A stretch of 64,000 nucleotides of DNA from Octopus sinensis (lineage: Eukaryota), in contig NC_042997.1 of assembly GCF_006345805.1 (NCBI RefSeq), forward strand, positions 27,714,001-27,778,000, read 5' to 3'. The position numbers and the translations under genes are program-made. Position 1 is the stretch's first letter. Every line of letters begins with the position of its first letter. A model generated the notes under the pieces. It saw only the letters and a list, made by a program, of their open reading frames with translations. It searched no databases and was not told the DNA's origin. Below, in pieces: positions 1-12,249 of this stretch.

Positions 1-372
1 CATCATCATTACCATCCTCACTGATTTTAATTTTTTGTTCAGGGGAAACAATTCTTGATCTAGAGACCTACTATTATTCTCCCTTACACTCACTTATACG
101 CACGCGCGCACAGACCCAAACACATACAGATGTGTACCCCTGCGGAAACACGTGCATACGTGCATGCACAGTTATCTGGTAACACTTATATATGTATATG
201 TTCTAACCTACAGGCATATATATACATACATACATGCATACATGCATACATGCATACATGTATACATGCACATATGCTCATATACATACCAACCTACTTA
301 CCTACGAGCATGCATGCATACATACATACATACATACATACATACATACATACATACATACATACATACATA

Positions 373-480
373 GGAGCAGGAGTGGTTGTGTGGTAAGTAG
401 CTGGTTTACCAGCCACATGGTTCCGGGTTCAGTCCCACTGCGTGGCACCTTGGGCAAGTGTCTTCTACTATAGCCTCGGA
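373..480 (+). mobile_element. SINE family A, 5' fragment
   Basis: Head sequence only. Confidence 0.85.
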
Positions 481-935
481 CACTACTTCTGATGTTGGTG
501 ATATTTTCGTTGTTAATTCCGCAAAGTCTGCATCAGTTATCGCATTTTGGTCTTCTTTCTGGGTCTGTCTCCTTTGTGCATCAGGCATTTGGTTGATATT
601 TCCTATTCCTAGATTACAAACGCATACCTTTCAAAGTGAGAGTTAGTAATCCATGATAGATTGCTTAGAATTTACTATCATCCCGCAGCTTTCTGCTTAG
701 ACATCAATGAATGGTCTTCTACTGATAAACGCTCATCCTTTCATCTGATGATATTTTACAGTAGTGTTGCGACGTATTTGGGCATGCATGCATGTATGTA
801 TGCATGAATGCCTGCATGCGTACATGTATATGTATGTATGTATTTTGCATGTATGCATGCATGCATGTATGTATGTATGCACGTATGTATGTTCACTTTC
901 TCTTTTTAAATTTAGAGTTAATTTTGCGCAAACAC

Positions 936-1380
936 CTACTTGGTAGCAAGTTTGTTCAATAATGTATCTGATTTTGTGCATCGTGCTTTAAATCTTAAGA
1001 AATTTTGGCAGGGACCACGGGCCATACGTCCCCTGCCCAATTCAAGATCACAACATACATGTACACTGCAACATAATTTCTTTTCCTCAACAGGCCCTGC
1101 CCTATTTAACATTGTCCCGAGGGAGATCAAAGAGGAAAAGGATCCCATCAACTTTAAACAGAGTCTGGATAGATTCCTTCAAAGAATACCAGATAAGCCA
1201 CCCATAATTGGATACAACTCACCCAACAAGAACTCACTACTTGAACAAAACTTGACTTAAACAAAACTTGACTTAAACAGGATTCGAATAATCCTATCAG
1301 GTGGTGCTATTAAGTTAGACATGGCCTGGACCAATCTTTGGTCGAAACATATCTAAGTTTATCTAAGTTTAAGTCTCAGA
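936..1380 (+). mobile_element. CR1/L2-group LINE 3' end
   Basis: FFSSTGPALFNIVPREIKE...FKQSLDRFLQRIPDKP...NSLLEQ, then a 3' UTR with an (atctaagttt) tandem tail. Confidence 0.75.
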
Positions 1381-1439
1381 TCTCGTGCTTATATGTAGTG
1401 TACGAATTAAGGAATTGCTTCATCGCCCCAAGAACCTAA

Positions 1440-2040
1440 TTTCGTCTATCCTTTTCTCCAGACAGGTAGAGTGTATCCCGTTGATCCAATAACAATAGAT
1501 ATTAAGCTGAAAGTGAATGTTGGGTACTGTTTTTGAAAACTCTTGATCAATGGCCTATAGATGTCCTCATTCTCTTCTATTTTCCTGACAACATTGGTGT
1601 TCAGAGGGCAGCTGACTTCCACAACAGGGCATATATTTTCGTGCTGGTTTCTCACAACAGTATCTGACCGGTTGTGTTACAACTTGGCGGCTGTTTTAAC
1701 TTTTAAGGTCAACCAATATTCTTTTGATCCGTCGGTTTCAATATATGTTTGTCAGTGCTGCTTTCTCTTTTTGCTATCCTGTTCCAGACTGTTCTGAGCA
1801 CTCTCTCGCAGCTGGCAATAACGTGGTTGACGTCTTCAGTGTTGGTTTTGCATATTTGTTTTCTGGCAATCTTACCTGCCTTTTCTGTTGTAGATATTGT
1901 TGTTCTTCAGTTGCGTGGAGTTAACCTTCGAAATGGAAAGTCGTAAACTTATCAGTACTCTATGCCAATCTTTTGACAAGATCAATTCCTTTTATAGCTT
2001 CCGTACTTCGTGCCGAGTACTCATGTACCATCTTCTCAGT
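1440..2040 (-). mobile_element. R4/Dong-type (restriction-like endonuclease) LINE fragment
   Basis: Zinc knuckle ICKTNTEDVNHVIASC and RLE EYWLTLKVKT...HNRSD...VVEVSCPLNTN...IVIGSTGY. Stops and frameshifts present. Confidence 0.75.
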
Positions 2041-2042
2041 CA

Positions 2043-2073
<31 letters not shown>

Positions 2074-2086
2074 TGTATGTATGTAT

Positions 2087-3045
2087 GGTCACTTTTGAGT
2101 GTTACTGGTTGCATGTAACCCAGTACAACCTGTTGCATGGTCGGGTCGTCAGCGACTAAACCGGCAACCCCACCAAGCTTGCTTGGTGAGGAAGGTGTTT
2201 ATTGGACACCCTGCGGGATGAAAAACAAAACCCATCAAAGGGCGGAAGAACTCTTGAGAGACAACGGCCATCCAATAAAAGTCTTAAGGCTGTATCATGC
2301 GCGGGGACATAGAAATAATCGGACTGAATACCCGATCGCCCGGTTAAGCCATTGGGAATGAAGGACTCCTAGCCTTTGTTAGAGCGAGAAGGTAACTCAG
2401 GTAACTGGGATAACTCCGACATAAAATCTGTGGCTCAGTGGTTACCGATGATGTTGACTTGTTCTTCTTTTCGGATTATGGCTGCTGTTGCTTAGTTTGC
2501 TTGTTCCTTCTCGAGCCATGTCTGGTTCATAAGGTCCGGTTTCCCGGTTTCTTGGCATATAGGTTCCCCACCTGGACGGGACGCCGGTCCGTTGCAGGTG
2601 AGCTGCAAGATGTAGGAGGAAAGAGTGAGAGAAAGTTGTAGCGAAAGAGTCAGCAGAAGTTTCGCCATTACCTTCTACCGGAGCCGCGTGGAGCTTAGGT
2701 GTTACGCTCATAAACACACACATCGTCCAGTCTGAGATTCAAACCCGCGATCCCTCGATCGCGAGTCCGCTGCTCTAACCACTAGGCCATGTGCCTCCAC
2801 GCTGTTGCTTAGTGAGTGGGATTGACTTAGTGCACAGTCTTTCCTCACTTTAAAAAAAATCTTCTTGCACAGGCATTGCACGATAACAACATTGTTCATG
2901 ATCGTTGGTAGTGCTGTGAGTCTCAACTGAATGGCTGGCTGTAGCCTTAAAAAGCAAATAAAAGTCACATTCGATCACAGCACCAATAACAGTTAAGCTT
3001 CGTGCAATGGCCATACTCGATAACGAGGGGGAAGCCATCATGTAT
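2087..3045 (+). mobile_element. Internally deleted RTE-like element (5' UTR plus 3' end) flanked by (TATG)n and interrupted by a SINE
   Basis: Motifs aaaccggcaa and ggcggaagaact are shared with the 57-kb RTE 5' UTR. The 3' end 2955-3045 encodes KSHIRSQHQ* and matches 4885-4970 in reverse orientation. Confidence 0.6.
2497..2800 (-). mobile_element. tRNA-derived SINE with V-domain-like core and a 13-bp TSD
   Basis: A box tggcctagtgg and B box ggtttgaatc; ctgcaacggaccggcgtcccgtccagg resembles the V-SINE domain (recollection). TSD gctgttgcttagt at 2484-2496 and 2801-2813. Confidence 0.8.
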
Positions 3046-3049
3046 GTAT

Positions 3050-3380
3050 GTTTGTAAGTATGTAAGATTTTTTTTTTGTTTAATTTAAATTGTTCGTGAG
3101 AGAGTTCAAGCCGGTTGCTGAAAAAGCAACAAGATGTTTTGAGTTAAGAGAGATCCTGGTATTTGTAAATATGAGGCTGAGTTGGTGCGTTGGTTGAACT
3201 GTCAATGCGTACACCCAAATATGTGCATCTATTCACATAATTATCTTACATAGAGAATTTCTGGAATGTCTTACAAATCTTCACTGTGCCACTAATAAAT
3301 TGGGTTTGGTGAATCTGCGTCAGTTTCTTTCGCTCTTTTTCCGTGAAACCAAGTGATTCTAGGATTTTTAAAAAATTTGT
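3050..3380 (-). mobile_element. R4/Dong-type LINE 3' end
   Basis: LESLGF...ISGTVKICKTFQKF* plus 3' UTR. A similar end (TTGTVTICKAFQNF) lies at 11470-11636. Confidence 0.6.
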
Positions 3381-3589
3381 ATGAATGTATGTATGCATGT
3401 ATGTATGTATGTATGTATGTATGTATGTATGTATGTATGTATGTATGTATGTATGTATGTATGTATGTGTGTGTGTATGTATGTATGTATGTATGCATGC
3501 ATGTATGTATGTATGTGTGTGTGTATGTATGTATGCATGCATGTAAGTATGTATGTAAGTATGTATGTATGTATGTATGCATGTATGTA

Positions 3590-3626
<37 letters not shown>

Positions 3627-3681
3627 ATGTATGTATGTATGTATGTTTGTATGTATGTATGTATGTATGTATGTGTGTGTG

Positions 3682-3713
<32 letters not shown>

Positions 3714-3864
3714 TGTATGTATGTATGCACAGAGAAAGAGAGAAAAAGCTTTTTCTAGCCTAAAAACAAGTTCTGTCATTGGCATTTAAATATCAAGCTA
3801 GTTAGCTAGCCTTGTATGTATTTTTGTATGCAATCAAGTATGCACGCACCTTTCTTTCTCTCTC

Positions 3865-3899
<35 letters not shown>

Positions 3900-4884
3900 C
3901 AAACACACACACACTCTCTCTCTCTTTCACACACACACAAACACACACAAGAGCACAGCTATCCATGTACTTACGTATGCATAACGGAACAATATATGCT
4001 GTGTTTTACATATTTTGACAGTAGCTTTGACAGCTTATAGAATTAATCTTCTGATTAGACGTGATCTTTCTAGTTTTGGGTACCCAACCTTCCTAATATT
4101 AGCATTAAGGCAGTTACAGAAGTATCTATGTATACATCTACATCCGATGCTATTGGCATTGCTGGAATCAGATATAGTAATAGAATCTTTATTTCCTCAA
4201 TATTTTTAACTGTAAGACAAAATTATTCAACAGACTTCCTGTCAGTTAATATTTACAACCACACCAGGAAGATTGCACTTGTTAGTGTTTAATCATATAT
4301 TCGGAAAATTACATTCTTTTTCAAGATTATCGCCGTGTATGTTTCTAGAGAAAATAATACAAATGGGTGTTTATTCTGTGATAAAGTGACCTACGAAATA
4401 ATAGTTTCGGCTGACATAAGGTCAGCAATCGCAAAAGGGTGATTAGTCGCCATCATCGATAATAAATATATATTAAAAACTGATTGAATAATTACTAGGC
4501 TTATAAAGAATAAGTCCTGGGGTCGTTTCCTTCGACTAAACACGGTGCTACAGCATGGCTGCAGTCAAATGACTAAAAGAAGTAAAAGAATAACAGAAAA
4601 GGCATCTGAGCAGGTATCGTCATGTTATTGGCAAAATCTGATGCAAATTCTCTGCTCAAATTTGTCATTGTCAACGCGACGATCACACACTACACACCTT
4701 CCTTCCAAGCATTGCTGTAAATAGCGGAAGTGAGCTAGAATGTTAAAACTTCGTGCGCATGTACAACTGTGTTCAAGGTCAATCTGTGCCAAGTGGCTTT
4801 ATTATGCGCGCTTTAGCTTCGGTACTATAGCAACAGTTTGGATACTTATTGTTCAGACCATTTACGTATGTACATGCATACCTA

Positions 4885-5245
4885 CATGCATTATGGCTGC
4901 CCCCTCGTTATTTTGGCCATTGCACGAAGCTTAACTGTTACTGGTGCTGTGATCGAATGTGACTTTTTAGCCCAGCTAAAGATCTACAATGTCTTGTACA
5001 AAATTAGCAACTAAGACCTTTACTGGTAATAGCCGGCTGTAGTTGTAACTGGGCTTCATGTACCTTTGCATGTCGTTTAAGTCCTCCTGTCGAATTACAC
5101 TCTCTTCCACATGCCCGACAGATATGATTAGTATGGTGTGTTACACCACCACCAGTGGCCAGGTTGTCACTCATCTGTCTCGTTTTATGACTACGAAGAT
5201 GACTCATGAGTCCAGCTTTACTGAGGCAGAGTCTTGCACAGATGC
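4885..5245 (-). mobile_element. RTE-type LINE 3' end with tandem C2H2-like zinc fingers
   Basis: CLSKAGLMSHLRSH, CRACGRECNSTGGLKRHAKVH and C*FCTRHCRSLAGLKSHIRSQHQ*, followed by a 3' UTR with a TATG-like tail. Confidence 0.7.
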
Positions 5246-5305
5246 ATACGTGCATACATACATGCATACGTGCATATATACATGCCTGCATATATATACA
5301 TGCCT

Positions 5306-5716
5306 GCAGGAGTGGCTGTGTGGTAAGTAGCTTGCTAACCAACCACATGGCTCCGGGTTCAGTCCCACTGCGCGGCATCTTGGGCAAGTGTCTTCTGCTA
5401 TAACCCCGGGCTGACCAATGCCTTGTGAGTGGATTTGGTAGACGGAAACTGAAAGAAGCCTGTCGTGTATATGTATATATATATATGTATGTGTGTGTGT
5501 TTGTGTGTCTGTGTTTGTCCCCCTAGCATTGCTTGACAACCGATGCTGGTGTGTTTATGTCCCCGTTACTTAGTGGTTCGGCAAAAGAGACCGATAGAAT
5601 AAGTACTGGGCTTACAAAGAATAAGTCCCGGGGTCGAGTTGCTCGATTAAAGGCAGTGCTCCAGCATGGCCGCAGTCAAATGACTGAAACAAGTAAAAGA
5701 GTAAAGAGTAAAGAGT
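5306..5716 (+). mobile_element. Abundant octopus-type tRNA-derived SINE (my family A), full length
   Basis: Head ggagtggctgtgtggtaag...gggttcagtccc, central microsatellite, tail cagtcaaatgactgaaacaagtaaaagag. About ten copies in the window. Confidence 0.9.
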
Positions 5717-5871
5717 ACATGAACACATACATATAACCGCACACGCGCGCAGATACACATGGAGGTATTGTTGTATGGTACGAAGTTTGATTCCCATTCC
5801 CATGGTTCCCGGTTCAATCCCGTGTTACTTTGGGCAAGTGTCTCCTATTATAGCGTTGGACCTCTTCTATT

Positions 5872-6302
5872 CTTTTATTCTTTTACTTGTTTCAGTCACT
5901 TGACTGCGGCCATGCTGGAGCACCGTCTTGAAGTCGAGCAAATCGACCCCAGGACTTATTCTTTTGTAAGTCTAGTACTTATTCTATCGGTTCTCCTTTA
6001 CCGAACCGCTAAGTTTCGGAGATGTAAACACACCAACATCGGTTGTCAAGCAATGGCGGACACACAGACAGACACACACAGACACAGACACACACACAGA
6101 CACACACACACACACAGACACACAGACACACACACACACACAGACACACACACACACACACACACAGACACACACACACACACACACACACATGACGAGA
6201 TTGTTTCAGTTTCTGTCTACCAAATCCACTCACAAGGCTTTAGTCGGCCTGGGGACATAGCAGAAAACACTTGCCCAAGGCGCCACGCAGTAGGACTGAA
6301 AC
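5872..6302 (-). mobile_element. SINE family A, lacking the head
   Basis: Reverse complement of body and tail; inverted relative to 5306-5716. Confidence 0.85.
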
Positions 6303-6945
6303 CAAAACAGAAATACTGGGTTCGATTCGTTCGAATAAAACTCTTCATAGCTGTAGTGTTACCACCGAAACAATTAGAAGAGATACAAGAGACATATGTA
6401 TGAATGAATACGCTCACATACCACTTACACACATATCCCCTCAGATACGCACAAACTCAGAGAGAGAGAGAGAGAGAGAGAGGAAGATACACAAACTCAG
6501 AGAGAGAGAGAGAGAGGAAGATACACAAACTGTGCTTGTGAAAATGAGTGGTTTATAAGTTTTTACGACTAAGCAGATAACAATATTAATAATTGATGAT
6601 TAGTTTCAACAGCTGAGAAATCTTTAATTTTTCACTCGTTTGAGATTAAAAGGTTATTTCACTTTTACAACGCATATACATGTCCTGTGTAAGCTGGGTC
6701 AGAATGTAATATTGTGCGCCTTTTATGATTAATTAAAACCTGATCTTGTATTTTACATTCTTCTTGCAAGTACGCACGGTCAATTTTAGAAGGTTGCTTA
6801 GGCGCTGGTATAGCCGTGTGGTTAAGATGTTTGTTTCGCAAGTTCTGGTTTCGGGTTCAATCCCAGTGTGCGGCAATTTGGACAAATCTACACTTTGCAG
6901 GTGAATTTGGTAGACAGCAATTGCACAGAAGCTCGCATATATGTA

Positions 6946-7004
<59 letters not shown>

Positions 7005-7177
7005 ATTATTAATTTACGGTAAAAATAATTTTACCTTTGCCCACCTAATACAGTAAATGAATTAATTGCATCGCAATTTTTAACATTTATGTATTAGCTT
7101 TGTTGGGTACTTCTCTAGCAGTATATTGGATATATGTTATCCCATGGAGGGTTGAATTTACAACCCCTATCTCATTT

Positions 7178-7231
<54 letters not shown>

Positions 7232-7895
7232 TATGTGAGTTTGTGTGATTTTTTAATTGCTTCCTCTATTTTTGCAGCAATGGACGCTGTGAGTGGCCCC
7301 TCTAAATTTCTCGAACCTCAATCTTGCCGATACTGAGAGAAAAGAGTCATCTGTAATACCCGACTGGTGCTAAATTTGTCGACTTTGAAGGGGGACGGAA
7401 GACCTTTGACTGATGCAAAATTCAACTACTGTACACGACGTCTAAAAAAAAAAAGAAAAAAAAAAGAAGAGGAGAAAATGGAAAATGAGAAAAAGGCAAA
7501 GCACTTTACTCAACGCTGCAATGACTGGACCAATAAAAAAACTGTGATATTTACTTAAATTGTGATTGTATTGCTCACAGGGGAACAAAGCGGTGAACTG
7601 GCAAGATCGGTAGTGCGTCGGATAAAATTGCTTAGTACATTCAGCAAAGGTCGAATTAGATTTTTATTCTCTCGGGTTTGATAAAATAAAGTGCCAGTTG
7701 ACCACTGGAATCAATGTAATGATCGTCCTTCTGCTCAAAATTCAAGGCCTAAATCATACAGAATAAAAATCGTAAAAGAAAAAATCTTACAGGGGAAATA
7801 ACTCTGAATCAAGTTTTCGTGATTGTGTCCCTTGAATATTTATTTATTCTAATTAGTATAGAAATTATCTATTTTTCATCCGATGATCAGTTTAA

Positions 7896-8402
7896 ATTAC
7901 ATGGAAAAATGTGAGCATGAAAAGTAATATACGGGAAAAGTACAGGACAATTTATTACACATGTAAAAGAATAGGACAAGCTATTACTTCTAGTAAAGTA
8001 AAGAATAAGAAAGTTTTTACTTAAAATATTGCAGCTAAAATTAAAATTTGAATATTAAAACTTTATTTTTGTTTACAAATAATACTATACTTATTTAAGT
8101 AGAATTTGGCTAATTTACTACCTTAATTTTGGAAAAAGTGACTAGACAAACTAGACAAACTTACAAATCTGCTGAACAATTTTGTACAATAAATTTAAAA
8201 GATGAGAACTGTAAAGAGTGATAAATTAGAAGACCTGGCATTCTTTGCTGCAATATTTTAACTAAAGAAGTTTCTTATTCTTTACTATATTAGAAGTAAT
8301 AGCTTGTCCTATAGTTTTACAGGTGTAATAACTTGTCCTGTACTTTTCCAGGTTTATAATCTTAAGAATAATACTTTTCATGCTCGCATTTTTCCATGTA
8401 AT
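7896..8402. mobile_element. MITE-like element with imperfect TIRs of about 150 bp
   Basis: attacatggaaaaatgtgagcatgaaaagta...ggacaagctattacttcta...aaaatattgcagc at 7896-8040 is mirrored at about 8245-8402. Confidence 0.75.
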
Positions 8403-10926
8403 CCATGATTTTCTGGGCGTTGAAGTTATAAGATAATTAATAATGTGTCAATAATTTAAGATTTTACCTTATAAAATACTGAAAGATAATATTTCAATTT
8501 TTCCATTCAAGTGATGATAATATTTAAATTTTTACGGGTTTAATTTAAATATAAGCTGTGATTGAATTATCTGATATTACCCATCCACACCAAATTTTAT
8601 GGCAGGGATTTTTACCATGTTGTTGGTTGCACCATGGCTCACCAAAAGTTACAAACAACAAGACCCCAAAACTACCAGCAAACAGGCTCACTTTAAGTAA
8701 CTTAATTTTGCAGTATTAGGAGGTCACAGGAATTCATTCAACGAAAAAAAAAAATTCCACTGATTCTGGGATTGGGGGTGGGGTGATGGAACCCCAACCT
8801 CATTTTTTCCGAACCAAAATAAAGGATTTGCGGCATATTAGGAGGTCAGGGTACTTGATTCCACGCAAAAAATCAATTTTTTTTTCTGAGTGAAAATCGT
8901 GCGGGTGTTAATATAGAAATTGACCATAATGTTGTTGTTATTTAACCTCAAATAAACCCTGATACTGCAAACCTATGATCAAAGACATTCCAGCCTGCAG
9001 CAAACCGTCTTTTTAGAGATAATCTAGGACATTACATACAATGGGCGTGTTATTTAGGTAGGTAGATTCTTTGGCTGCTATTTTTAGCGTGTCGAGCGAC
9101 CAGGTAGAAGCTTTTCACTGGTTCGATTGCGTCATGAAATGTTTTTACATATATATGTAATATGTATATATATATTATTGGTGGGAGTCAGAGAGTAATC
9201 AAAAGCTGAGAATTTCGTGTATTGGCACTTATCAAACACGAATTTATCCATTGTCATTCTGTAACTTCTGACGATATAACTTCTAAAATACAAAACTTTG
9301 TCAAAAATGTTAAGAACAAACCCTGTTCTATGTGACATATTCTACCTGTATCAAAAGTTTGAAAGTGTTTAGTTAAAAAAAATAAATTAAATAATTTATA
9401 CGTCAAAGTCGATCTTGACGAAATTTGAACTCAAAAAGCGTACAGACAAAATACCGTAAAGCATTTCGCCTGGAACGGTAACATTTCTGCCAGCTCGTCC
9501 ACTTAGATAAAAAAAAAGCATTCATTTTAGAAATATATTCGTTATTCTTATTGCTTAAGCGTTACTCCCTTACTTCCTTATTTACTGACATGAAATTTCG
9601 TAACAATTTCGTAACATTCTCCTTCTCTACTAATTTTTGTTCAATGCAACTAGCGATTCTGAATTTTTCATGCATTTTTCTATCATTTAAGTCTAAGAAA
9701 GGTATACCTTTAATTTATAATTTAAAAAGTTATGTTAACTGAAGATGAATATCTGCCTTACTGCCTCCACCCCCTGAGGTCGCAGATATTTTACTGTGAC
9801 TTTTTTCTACTGAACCAAATCTCAAACTATTTATGCCAAAGAGTAGCTGAGGAGGTGTCCTCTTTAAGACTGTTAACAGTTTGCGATTTAGTTGAGAACT
9901 GAATTAGTGGTGAAGCTTGGAAGCTGCTGCGATTGACGAAATGGTAGACTTAAGAATATATTCAACCACTACCGTGGTTGAATGATATACGAGATGACAA
10001 TATTTTCTCCGGATATTTCGCCATGTAAATTAATGAAGCAAAAAAGCAATACTTTAACATAGAAGGTGTATTAGTGGTGACGATTTATTCTTATTTTAAT
10101 AAACTGTCAAACATCATAAACACATAATTTCTTCTATTTTCTCGTCTGAATATACGGAGTTATGGAATGGATATTTGAGGTTTCATGTATTAGGAGAAAG
10201 CTTTGCGAATCGGTATGTTTCATAACGGTCTAAGATGTGTGCATGTTAAAAGCACAGTTAACGCATGTAGTGAATTTTTATTGTTTGAACCAAAGGAAAC
10301 AGTATTTTGTTGGCATAAACTCGAGAATTGAAATCGACACATGAATGTAACTTGGAGAGATGTGAGCTCAAAGACGCTTATTGCGCACAAAAAAACATGT
10401 AGGAAATATATATCATTTTATTTCAAAGTATGAGTTGTGAGTAGCCATGGATTAATGATTATATTTGGTGAAATGTTTGATTAAATACTGTATTTAAGAT
10501 CTGAAGGTTCTATAAACATTTGTGTGGAACGAATTTCAGAGACTTTCAGACTAAGAAATTCACTTTAAAATGTTGTTCAAGAATGGTGTTTCATTGTGAA
10601 ATGAAAAACAAAGCGTTCTTTTTAAGAAAACCTTCATTATTACAGCATCAACTCATACATAAATCTGTAAACACTTGTACATACATACATACATACATAC
10701 ATACATACATACATACATACATACATACATGCAGACAGAAAAGCAGATTCAAACATGTATGCATGGATACATTGACACAAGTATGTATGTATGTATGTAT
10801 GTATGTATGTATGTATGTATGTATGTATGTATGTATGTATGTATGTATGTATGTATGTATGTATGTATGTATGTATGCATGCATGCATGCATGTATGTAT
10901 GTATGTATGTATGTATGTATGTATGT

Positions 10927-11045
10927 CATTAGTCAGTTTTATTTTAAGAATACTTGCCGATACAGAAAGAGTCGGTTCCTGACCTAGATCCAGAGCTTCT
11001 TCATAGGAATTTCAATATCAACAACATGTATGTATGCCTGTATAC

Positions 11046-11078
<33 letters not shown>

Positions 11079-11176
11079 TGTATGTATGTATGTATGTATG
11101 TATGTATGTATGTATGTATGTATGTATGTATGTATGTATGTATGTATGTATGTATGTATGTATGTATGTATACATG

Positions 11177-11208
<32 letters not shown>

Positions 11209-11429
11209 TGATGTGTGTATGTATGTATGTATGTATGTATGTATGTATGTATGTATGTATGTATGTATGTATGTATGTATGTATGTATGTATGTATGTAT
11301 GTATGTATGTATGTATGTATGTATGTATGTCATTAGTCAGTTTTATTTTAAGAATACTTGCCGATACAGAAAGAGTCGGTTCCTGACCTAGATCCAGAGC
11401 TTCTTCATAGGAATTTCAATATCAACAAC
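10927..11429. repeat. Exact 99-bp direct repeat (period 404) inside a (TATG)n array
   Basis: 10927-11025 is identical to 11331-11429. Confidence 0.9.
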
Positions 11430-11636
11430 ATGTATGTATGTATGTATGTATGTATGTATGTATGTATGTATGTATGTATACGTGCACATTTGTATGTTTT
11501 GTTTTATGTGTGTCTTCTCATGCATATACTTGCACATATAGATTATATTCATATATACTTAAATGATAAAATTCTGGAAAGCTTTACAGATTGTTACGGT
11601 TCCAGTGGTGGCTTGGATCTGTAATCTTCGAAGTAT

Positions 11637-12196
11637 CATACATACATACATACATACACACATACACACATACATACATACATACATGCATACACACATA
11701 CATACATACATACATACATACACACACATACTTACATACACACATACATACACACACATACATACATACACACATACATACACACATACACACATACATA
11801 CATACATACATACATACATACATACATACATACAAACATACACACATACATACATACATACACACATATATACATACACACATACATATATACATACACA
11901 TACATACATACATACATACATACACACATACATACACACATACATACATACACACACATACATACACACATACATACATACACACATACACATACATACA
12001 TACATACATACACACATACATACTTACATACATACATACATACACACACATACATATATACATACATACATGCACACATACACACACATACATAGATACA
12101 TACATACACACACATACATACATACATACGTACATACATACATACATACGTACATACATACATACATACATACATACATACATACATACATACATA
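11637..12196. repeat. (CATA)n/(CA)n compound microsatellite
   Basis: Seen directly; source of several spurious ORFs. Confidence 0.95.
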
Positions 12197-12249
12197 GTTA
12201 ATCCAAGCATGAAAACACAAATTAAAAACGTGAGAATGTAGAACAAATA

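Noticed and set aside
2087-2170. HDV-like ribozyme at the RTE 5' end (GG-G, P4 tcg/cga, CUAA, accgg)
   Set aside because: The 3' half looks right, but I could not form P1, P2 and a 7-8-nt L3 together in one register; the copy at 56985-57060 also failed.
2955-4970. Roughly 85-bp inverted repeats that looked like TIRs of a 2-kb DNA transposon
   Set aside because: Both are 3' ends of the same RTE-type LINE (KSHIRSQHQ* plus 3' UTR and TATG tail) in opposite orientation.
5004-5245. C2H2 zinc-finger host gene fragment
   Set aside because: The fingers lack TGEKP linkers, include a stop, and end in a LINE-like 3' UTR seen twice; better explained as an RTE C-terminus.
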